Assembly: GCA_032718475.1 (NCBI GenBank)
Contig: JAUCBJ010003471.1
Location: 12,830-76,829 of the forward strand
Reading direction: 5' to 3'
DNA from: Nemertoderma westbladi
Lineage: Eukaryota; Animalia; Xenacoelomorpha
DNA: 64,000 nt
Shown here piece after piece: positions 25,501-37,500 of the stretch. Made by a program: the position numbers and the translations under genes. Within the stretch, counting starts at the first letter, position 1, and each line of letters begins with the position of its first letter. The notes below the pieces were generated by a model. The model worked only from the letters and a program-made list of their open reading frames with translations. It searched no databases and was not told the origin of the DNA.

Positions 25501-28500
25501 GACCCCAAATATAATTATTCAAACACCAAAACAAATTTTACAACACCAAAAACTTCAATTTAGGGAGAGGAGCAGGTTACAGCGGCATGTTATTTTAACC
25601 AAAACAATAAACTAAGCACAATAGAACAGGTTACACTTTTATTTTTGAGAATAATCCGCTGTTAATTGCGTCGAATTTCCCCTGGAGAGAGATGAATTTT
25701 TATTACGTCCAGTTTCCCCCCCTATCTGAAAACTTCAGTACTGCCGTAATACTGAAACCTAATAACAGAATAAGTAATAGGCCATAAGCAATAGGCCTAT
25801 CGGTACGAATACTGTAACTGAAGTATGGCAACTGACCAAAGCGTAGTTAATATATAATATTTGGTGCTGGAATAATTTTTTTAGGTTGACAAGTAATTAT
25901 TTTTGGGGGATGAATAATTGTTTTTGGGGGTAGAATAATTGTTTTTGGGGGATGAATAATTGTTTTTGGGGAATCAATAATTGTTTTTGGGGGATGAATA
26001 ATTGTTTTTGGGGATTAATAATTGTTTTTGGTGAGAAGGATATTGAAAATTGGGGGATGTGAATTGGTGCTACAAAAAATATATTTGGTGCAAAATAATT
26101 TATTTTGGTGTTAAATCATCTAATTTGGGGTGGCATTCAATTAGTGGCGATAGTTTACTAACTCTACATAATAATTATGTGTAAATCCGGTACAGTGAGT
26201 GCTGCAACTGTGTGCGACGTCAGGTAAGCTTTGCCTACTGCGGGCGAGCCTGAGTCCGGGACTCGCGATCCGCCCGTCCCCGACACGACCCGTCCGCGTA
26301 TTCCCAATCCTTACACTAGTAGGAACACATCTTGAATTGACGCTTGGGATTAGTTAATGAGCTATATTTTGATTGGACGTTGAAATCATGTAAGGAATGG
26401 AGAGAGGGGGTCGAACTAGTGTAAGGAGTTTATACTCAGTAGGTAGGTAGAAAGTGTTACAAACGCTGTAAGGAATGGAGAAATTGGGTGAAATCATGTA
26501 AGGATTATCTGCCTATTAAACGGTTCATTGTGAGGTGACAGTAAAAATATATACGAATAACAATATACAGTATTCAGAGTGGGAAACGTTGTATAAGGAA
26601 TCGTTTTACAGAGCATTCTCCATGATTTTTCTGATGGAAAAGATTGTAGTAATAGAGTAGCTTTATTGACAGTATTTACTAGTGAAATTTATTCATTTGA
26701 TGTTCATATTTAAAAGCATTTCACAATTTGTAAACATAAATATTCCAATGAAATAAACTCTTAATTTTCAAATGATGTTTAGTATTTGTTCGATTGGCAT
26801 GTATGTTCATCAACAGGTTTCTACGGCGCTTTTTAGCGCGTTAAGACATATCAAGTACCATGAGGTCGGCCAGCAAGCATCTGTTTACTTCCTGTTGTAA
26901 GAGCTACTCGTTGGCGCGCTAGTGCAGATGACTGCACACGAATAGCAAATAGACTATTCCTAAGCAAACTTACAGTCAAACAGATGGACTCTGTGTAAAA
27001 AAGGAATGTATCCCTAGACCCTAGTAGTAAATTTTCCAATTGTTTCAGGCAACCAGGCGCGCTTACGCGCGCCTGGTTGCCAACTAACAATATAATAATA
27101 TGTTCACAATAAATTATTAAAAAGGCAATTTTTCAAGCGCTCAACTGCACATGTACACTACTGTATAACTAAAAAGTCATTCAGGAGGCCAGATTTCCAG
27201 GAACTTACTGTAATAGACATTCAATTCCATTGAATCCAGGGAAAGAGTTTGTGTTGTATTCTGTGAAAGGAGCATCAGCTGGATATAATGTTATTTGCGA
27301 GAGAGATCCCAATCTATAACTTGGCAATCACTCAAATCCATTCAGCCGAATACAACAGTAGAGAATTGATTCTGGGTTACAACTAATAAGCAATCAATGA
27401 CAAATTCGCGTTGATTTGCACACCGACGTCTAATAATTGGATGAAGTGTGTTCGAGAGCAACGGATATTGAGCTCAACATGTTAAGATCTTACATATTCT
27501 TAATTATCTCGAGAATTAATTAATTAATTAACGTGTAACTTTCCTATTCGATGGCCGATACACATATAAACCACTACACAAAGTCTCGTAACGATTCACC
27601 GGAGCGTTTAAGCGGAGATACAGCTACGACAAACATACAACATTGACAATCTATTTGTATTATAGATACTAGAGCAACCCTGTATAAACCATAACAATTC
27701 TATTATAGGCCTACTGACTAGCTAATGTCACCTGCTGCTTGCATACTCTTCTAATACTGTTGGTATAATAACCCTTACATGATTTCACCCATTTTCTCCA
27801 TTCCTTACAGCGTTTTGAACACTTTGTCTCTACCTGCTATCGCTATCTACAGTAAGTGAAACAAAACCCTTACACTAGTTCGACCCCTCTCTCCATTCCT
27901 TACATGATTTCAACGTCCAATCAAATAATAGTTTATTAACCAATCCCAGGCTACAATTCAAGATGTGTTCCTACTAGAGTAAGGATTGGGAATACGCGAC
28001 CCGTCCACACCGTCGCCGACACGTCCATTATCCTTTCAAACGCGGACTCGAGAGGTACCTAAACCTAGTCCATGACTGAATGAGCAATTTCGTTTTGAAT
28101 TTCCCGCCATTTGGAATTTATCCAATATGTGCTTTTATATTTTACACTGGGCAGTTATTTTTCGTAATAGTATTATTAGAAGACTGTCAGGACGTCTCAC
28201 TGTAAAAGTATTCACTATTTATCTATGTATGTCTATCGGGTGAACTCATCCGAAGCTATAGCTCGAATCGACGCAGCTCAACCCCAGGATGTGGAAAAAA
28301 AGTTTAAAAAAAAATTATTAAATTGTTTCTTTTTTATTTCGAAAAATAGCCCCATTAACACCATTGCCATAGACTCAACGATAGAAACACCAGCTGCTAG
28401 TACTCATGTGGGCCTAGTAAGCTACTACAGTACTATTTATTGAATGGATAGCCCAAACTGCAGAGAAGTATATTACTTGCTAAATTTATTACTCTCTCAC

Positions 28501-31500
28501 TCTATCCCAGACAAGTAAGAAAACATCAACTGTTCTGTTAGTTTGTAATGTATTAATTACCCCGCCAGCTGAATAGCTCTTCCCAGTTAATCCTATGGGA
28601 ATATCTATAAGGTTACTCACTGCTCTGTTAGGTGAGAGGCCAGCGATTGAATTTTGAGCACTGGGCCGTTCAAATGTTTCATAGGTTAATAATGAAATTT
28701 AGGGGCTGGGATTACTCTCTTTCAGACTGTAAATAAAGCAATGGGGTGGGACCCAACTACACTAAGTTTGTCTATGGACGGTCTTCTTAGTCAGTCAGCT
28801 TTTCTAGTTATTAAAGCGTTAACGTTGGTACCGTAAATGTGAAACTAACAGTGCAGTGCAACTGCTATCCATAATAACAATAATAGGGAAGTACAGTTTT
28901 ATCCCTTTCGATGGGCATGCAATATATGGCAACCCCGGGACCGTATACTGAAGAGAAAACGAAAACTTCCACGAAAGTGGTACTTCGGTAAAATGTGAAA
29001 CGAAATACTACAGTACATGCCTACCGCGCGATTAGGTACCGGTACCACTCCTCAGGGGCGGATCCAGGAATTTCTTAAGGGGGGGGCTTAAAATTTTTCA
29101 TAGTAACAATCAAATGTATTTAATTATAAATATTAAAATATAACCAAAACAAACAAAATCAGACATTTATTGTAATAGATGATATGATACAATGAGTAAA
29201 TTAATGGGCGCAAAATGACACTTTATTTCACCTGCGGTCAATTTGTGCAGGAGATCACTTTTTCACTTGCGGATAATTATTGGACCACTATCTGAATACG
29301 CTAGCTAGGCATAGTGAAAATTTCTAAATTAATTGTATGCGACGATTTTGTCGCTTGGCATAAATATTAATAATGGCATAAATATATGGCATACATCTAT
29401 ATTATAAAAAGTGGCTCGTGGGAATGTCATTGACGGCCATTCGGGCCTTATGGCAATAATGTCGGAAATTCCGCATTGCGATGATAAATTTGGGGGGGGG
29501 GGGGTGTTCTTAAGCACCTTTGGGCACTTTTTCGGTATTAGGGCCCCATTTTCCCCATTTTTTGGGTAAGTGTAATTCAGTTTTACTGCATATTACCAGT
29601 TAGCTAACAATTATTTATTGTTTGAAATATACTTGCTGTCATATTTTCTGCTATATAATTATAACTACTAGCTACAACTGTAGCTATGTACTAGTAGCTA
29701 CAACAAGCTCACGAAAGTTCAATCGTTCATTTGGAAACATTATAACTAGCTAATACATTATAAAATGTTCTAGAATGTGTTGTTTCCATGAAACTAGTGA
29801 GCGACACTTTTTAAAAAAAATTTTTAAAAAATACTAGCATTATACGATAAAAAATCTTTTTGCTAGCTAGTATTTTTAGAAATTATTCATTTCATTGAAG
29901 AATATATTAATGACCAAAATAATTTCCAAAAATTACTAGCTAGTAAAAAATCAAGTATCATGGGATGGAAGACTGGGGGGATTTATTTGTAAAGAGGCTG
30001 GGGCTAACTACAGTAGAGATCAGAAGGTGGAGAAGGTTTATTACTTTTTCTTAGACCACAGGAGGCATGGGATTATGTGAATCCAATCTGGTCGGGCTGC
30101 TAATGTAACTTTGACAAATTTTACCTTGCCTGAGAGTACTTTTTCAAAAAAGAGAATATAAAAATGACCCTTTTCTCAAAGGGCAGCTTATTGGAACTGT
30201 GCTACTGTATAAATCAGTAAAAATTTTCTTTATCATTACTTATGTATTTTTTTAAAAGGGGGGGGGCTAAAGCCCCTTAGCCCCCCCCTTAGATCCGCCA
30301 CTGCCACTCCTGGTAGAAGCAGCAGTAAAGCAAAGGAGGCAACTTTTAAGAAATTGCCATACTTTAAGCAATCCACCATGCTTTTATATATTTTTCACAT
30401 TAGGGGACATTGTTAATATATTTTTTAAATTGAGCGCTCAAGGTACTTTTGATTTGATTGTCTGGCCTGAAATCCCGGCCTATCACGGCCCTAGTGCTAG
30501 TATTATTGAGAAGGATACAAAACTATACGAATAATTTAAGATACGAAACGAAAACGTTTCGTATACACAACCTCTAAAATCTGATTATATTACGATATGA
30601 ATAGATAATATGAAATATTACATTTTAGATACAGTATTATTCAATTTTAAAGGTTTTATTGTTATGTCGGTACAGGTACACCAATTAGGCATTTTTGAAT
30701 TACTCGCCAAACAAGATCAACTAATCAAATCAAAAATAACATGCTGGCTCATAGACAGATACCTCAAGATACAACAAATATATTTCACAATGTCTCTTTA
30801 GGGGCTTTGTGCAATCAGATATTTACACATTTTACATTTATGGACTGTGTACCTCTACAATGTCGGCGACTTTGGTAGATTTTCGATATGAACGGTTTAA
30901 TAAATATTGTAATACTTGTGTGTAATGCGCTTTACTGTGTGCTTATTGCGTTGTTTGTTTTTGTTACACGGGCGAATAGTGACGATTGAAGTTCGCTGAG
31001 CAATAAGCCTAAATCATTTGCTGTACAATAAAAAGTTCACTTTGTCACACCTGAGCCTACACCAACCGGGCCCCCACCATTATAGACCTACACCACCCGG
31101 GCCCCCACCATTACTTACACCAGCAGGGTCCCCACCATTATAGACCTACACCACCCGGGCCCCCACCATTACTTACACCAGCCGGGCCCCCACCATTACT
31201 AACACCAGCCGGTCCCCCACCATTATAGACCTACACCACCCGGGCCCCCACCATTACTTACACCAGCCGGGCCCCCACCATTAAGACCTACACCACCCGG
31301 GCCCCCACCATTACCAACACCAGCCGGGCCCCCACCATTATAGACCTACACCACCCGGGCCCCCACCATTACTTACACCAGCCGGGCCCCCACCATTAAG
31401 ACATACACCACCCGGGCCACCACCATTACTTACACCAGCCGGGCCCCCACCATTATAGACCTACACCACCCGGGCCCCCACCATTACTTACACCAGCCGG

Positions 31501-34500
31501 GTCCCCACCATTATAGACCTACACCACCCGGGCCCCCACCATTACTTACACCAGCCGGGCCCCCACCATTATAGACCTACACCAGCCGGGCCCCCACCAT
31601 TATAGACCTACACCAGCCGGGCCCCCACCATTACTTACACCAGTCGGGCCCCCACCATTACTTACACCAGCCGGGCCCCCACCACTATACGTACACCAGC
31701 CGGGCCCCCACCATTAGACCTACACCACCCGGGCCCCCACCATTACCTACACCACCCGGGCCGGGCCCCCACCATTAGACCTACACCACCCGGGCCCCCA
31801 CCATTATAGACCTACACCAGCCGCCCCCCCCCCCCACCATTACCTACACCAGCCAGGCCCCCACCATTACCTACACCAGCCGGGCCCCCACCATTACCTA
31901 CACCAGCCGGGCCCCCACCATTACCTACACCAGCCGGGCCCCCACCATTACCTACACCACCCGGGCCCCCACCATTATACATACACCAGCCGGGCCCCCA
32001 CCATTATACATACACCAGCCGGGCCCCCACCATTATACATACACCACCCGGGCCGGGCCCCCACCATTAGACCTACACCAGCCGGGCCCCCACCATTATA
32101 CCTACACAAGCCGGCCCCCCACCATTATACCTACACCAGCCGGGCCCCCACCATTACCTACACCAGCCGGGCCCCCACCATTACCTACACCAGCCGGGCC
32201 CGCACCATTACCTACACCAGCCGGGCCCCCACCATTACCTACACCATCCGGGCCCCCACCATTATACGTACACCAGCCGGGCCCCCACCATTAGACCTAC
32301 ACCACTCGGGCCCCCACCATTATACCTACACCAGCCGGGCCGGGCCCCCACCATTACCTACACCAGCCGGGCCCCCACCATTACCTACACCACCCGGGCC
32401 CCCACCATTACCTACACCAGCCGGGCCCCCACCATTATACGTACACCAGCCGGGCCCCCACCATTAGACCTACACCACTCGGGCCCCCACCATTATACCT
32501 ACACCAGCCGGGCCCCCACCATTATACGTACACCAGCCGGGCCCCCACCGTTATAGACCTACACCAGCCGGGCCCCCACCGTTATAGACCTACACCACCC
32601 GGGCCCCCACCATTACCTACACCAGCCGGGCCCCCACCATTACCTACACCAGCCGGGCCCCCACCATTACCTACACCACCCGGGCCCCCACCATTACCTA
32701 CACCAGCCGGGCCCCCACCATTACCTACACCATCCGGGCCCCCACCATTATACCTACACCAGCCGGGCCCCCACCATTATACGTACACCAGCCGGGCCCC
32801 CACCGTTATTGACCTACACCAGCCGGGCCCCCACCATTATACCTACACCAGCCGGGCCCCCACCATTATACCTATACCAGCCGGGCCCCCACCATTAGAC
32901 CTACACCAGCCGGGCCCCCACCATTATACGTACACCAGCCGGGCCCCCACCATTATACGTACACCAGCCGGGCCCCCACCGTTATAGACCTACACCAGCC
33001 GGGCCCCCACCATTATACCTACACCAGCCGGGCCCCCACCATTATACCTACACCAGCCGGGCCCCCACCATTACCTACACCACCCGGGCCCCCACCATTA
33101 CCTACACCACCCGGGCCCCCACCATTACCTACACCAGCCGGGCCCCCACCATTACCTACACCAGCCGGGCCCCCACCATTATACCTATACCAGCCGGGCC
33201 CCCACCATTAGACCTACACCACCCGGGCCCCCACCATTAAGACCTACACCACCCGGGCCCCCACCATTACCTACACCACCCGGGCCCCCACCATTAAGAC
33301 CTACACCACCCGGCCCCCCACCATTAGACCTACACCACCCGGGCCCCCTCCATTAGACCTACACCACCCGGGCCGGGCCCCCACCATTAGACCTACACCA
33401 CTCGGGCCCCCACCATTAGACCTACACCACCCGGGCCCCCACCATTAAGACCTACACCACCCGGGCCCCCACTATTACCTACACCACCCGGGCCCCCACC
33501 ATTAAGACCTACACCACCCGGCCCCCCACCATTAGACCTACACCACCCGGGCCCCCACCATTAAGACCTACACCACCCGGCCCCCCACCATTAGACCTAC
33601 ACCACCCGGGCCGGGCCCCCACCATTAGACCTACACCACCCGGCCCCCCACCATTAGACCTACACCACCCGGCCCCCCACCATTAGACCTACACCACCCG
33701 GGCCCCCACCATTAGACCTACACCACCCGGGCCGGGCCCCCACCATTAAGACCACCTACACCACCCGGGCCCCCACCATTAGACCTACACCACCCGGGTC
33801 CCACCATTAGACCTGCACCACCCGGGCCCCCACCATTACCTACACCACCCGGGCCCCCTCCAATAGACCTACACCACCCGGGCCCCCACCATTAGACCTA
33901 CACCACCCGGGCCCCCACCATTAGACCTACACCACCCGGGCCGGGCCCCCACCATTAAGACCACCTTCACCACCCGGGCCCCCACCATTAGACCTAGACC
34001 ACCCGGGTCCCACCATTAGACCTACACCACCCGGGCCCCCACCATTACCTACACCAGCCGGGCCCCCACCATTACCTACACCACCCGGGCCCCCTCCAAT
34101 AGACCTACACCACCCAGGCCCCACCATTAAGACCTACACCACCCGGGCCCCCACCATTAGACCTACACCACCCGGGCCCCACCATTAGACCTACACCACC
34201 CGGGCCCCCACCATTAGACCTACACCACCCGGGCCCCCACCATTAGACCTACACCACCCGGGCCCGGGCCCCCACCATTAGACCTACACCACCCGGGCCC
34301 CCACAATTATAGACCTACACCATCCGGCCCCCCACCATTAGACCTACACCACCCGGGCCCCCACCATTAGACCAACACCACCCGGGCCCCCTCCAATAGA
34401 CCTACACCACCCGGGCCCCCACCATTAAGACCTACACCACCCGGGCCCCCACCATTACCTACACCACCCGGGCCCGGGCCCCCACCATTAGACCTACACC

Positions 34501-37500
34501 ACCCGGGCCCCCACCATTACCTACACCAGCCGGGCCCCCACCATTACCTACACCACCCGGGCCCCCTCCAATAGACCTACACCACCCAGGCCCCACCATT
34601 AAGACCTACACCACCCGGGCCCCCACCATTAGACCTACACCACCCGGGCCCCACCATTAGACCTACACCACCCGGGCCCCCACCATTAGACCTACACCAC
34701 CCGGGCCCCCACCATTAGACCTACACCACCCGGGCCCGGGCCCCCACCATTAGACCTACACCACCCGGGCCCCCACCATTATAGACCTACACCATCCGGC
34801 CCCCCACCATTAGACCTACACCACCCGGGCCCCCACCATTAGACCAACACCACCCGGGCCCCCTCCAATAGACCTACACCACCCGGGCCCCCACCATTAA
34901 GACCTACACCACCCGGGCCCCCACCATTACCTACACCACCAGGGCCCCCACCATTAGACCTACACCACCCGGGCCCAACCATTAGACCTACACCACCCGG
35001 GCCCCCACCATTAGACCTACACCACCCGGGCCCACACCATTAGACCTACACAACCCGGCCCCCCACCATTTGACCTACACGACCCGGGCCCCACCATTAG
35101 ACCTACACCACCCGGCCCCCCACCATTAGACCTACACCACCCGGCCCCCCACCATTAGACCTACACCACCCGGGCCCCCACCATTAGACCTACACCACCC
35201 GGGCCGGGCCCCCACTAGTAGACCTACATCACCCAGGCCGGGCCCCCACCATTAGACCTACACCAATTTCCATCCCCTTACCTTACTAAATAGAATCGAA
35301 CATACTTTCTTACTTAAAAGTGACAATTGAAAATAAAGAAAAAAACGATATGTAAGAATTTGACAAATCTCATTAAAATATGATAGAATAATGAGACCGT
35401 ATTATATATAATACGATAATTATACTTCATACATGTGCATAAAAAGTAATACTTTATATGCGATGATCAGGGGTGCAAGTTACACGAACGAACACAGCGA
35501 AGGAGTGTAAATAAAGAAAAGCCGGTGAGACAGAATAAAAATGTGTCTAGTTTTATTACAAAACTGTTTCATTGCGGTACTCCAGCAATTAAATAGCAAG
35601 ATTTATTTATGTTTATTGGCTAACTTCGGAAACAACAGCAATATTTCACTATTAGTGAATAATTATCAACATTTAAATGTTATCTATTTCGTGTAGGAAC
35701 AACAGTTTCTTAAATAGCGAACTTTTATATTTCTTTAAATATAACTTATATTAGTTATAGTTAGATATTAGTTATAGTTAGATATTGGTCATAGTTAGAT
35801 ATTGGTCATAGTTAGATATTAGTTATAGTTAGATATTAGTTAGATATTAGTTATAGTTAGATATTAGTTATAGTTAGATATTAGTTATAGTTAGATATTA
35901 GTTATAGTTAGATATTAGTTATAGTTAGATATTAGTTATAGTTAGATATTAGTTATAGTTAGATATTAGTTATAGTTAGATATTAGATATAGTTAGATAT
36001 TAGTTATAGTTAGATATTAGTTATAGTTAGATATTAGATATAGTTAGATATTAGTTATAGTTAGATATTAGTTTTAGTTAGATATTAGTTATAGTTAGAT
36101 ATTAGTATATAGTTAGATATTAGTTATAGTTAGATATTAGTTATAGTTAGATATTAGTTATAGTTAGATATTGGTCATAGTTAGATATTGGTCATAGTTA
36201 GATATTAGTTATAGTTAGATATTTAGTTAGATATTAGTTATAGTTAGATATTAGTTATAGTTAGATATTAGTTATAGTTAGATATTAGTTATAGTTAGAT
36301 ATTAGTTATAGTTAGATATTAGTTATAGTTAGATATTAGTATATAGTTAGATATTAGTTATAGTTAGATATTAGTTATAGTTAGATATTAGTTATAGATA
36401 GATATTAGTTTTAGTTAGATATTAGTTATAGTTAGATATTAGTTATAGTTAGATATTAGTTAGATATTAGTTATAGTTAGATATTAGTTATAGTTAGATA
36501 TTAGATATAGTTAGATATTAGTTATAGTTAGATATTAGTTATAGTTAGATATTAGTTATAGTTAGATATTAGATATAGTTAGATATTAGTTATAGTTAGA
36601 TATTAGTTATAGTTAGATATTAGATATAGTTAGATATTAGTTATAGTTAGATATTAGTTATAGTTAGATATTAGTATATAGTTAGATATTAGTTATAGTT
36701 AGATATTAGTTTTAGTTAGATATTAGTTATAGTTAGATATTAGATATAGTTAGATATTAGTTATAGTTAGATATTAGTTATAGTTAGATATTAGTTATAG
36801 TTAGATATTAGTCATAGTTAGATATTGGTCATAGTTAGATATTAGTTATAGTTAGATATTAGTTATAGTTAGATATTAGTTATAGTTAGATAATTTAGGT
36901 ATTTATAGTTAGATATTAGTTATTAGTTAGATATTAGTTATAGTTAGATATTAGTTATAGTTAGATATTAGATATAGTTAGTATAGATAGTTGTAGTTAT
37001 ATTAGATAGGATAGTTAGTATATTATGTTAGATATTAGTTATAGTTAGATATTAGTTATAGTTAGATATTAGATATAGTTAGATATTAGTTATAGTTAGA
37101 TATTAGTTATAGTTAGATATTAGTTATAGTTAGATATTAGTTATAGTTAGATATTAGTTATAGTTAGATATTAGTTATAGTTAGATATTAGTTATAGATA
37201 GATATTAGTTTTAGTTAGATATTAGTTATAGTTAGATATTAGTTATAGTTAGATATTAGTTATAGTTAGATATTAGTTATAGTTAGATATTAGTTATAGT
37301 TAGATATTAGTTATAGTTAGATATTAGTTATAGTTAGATATTAGTTATAGTTAGATATTAGTTATAGTTAGATATTAGTTATAGTTAGATATTAGTTATA
37401 GTTAGATATTAGTTATAGTTAGATATTAGTTATAGTTAGATATTAGTCATAGTTAGATATTAGTTATAGTTAGATATTAGTTATAGTTAGATATTAGTTA

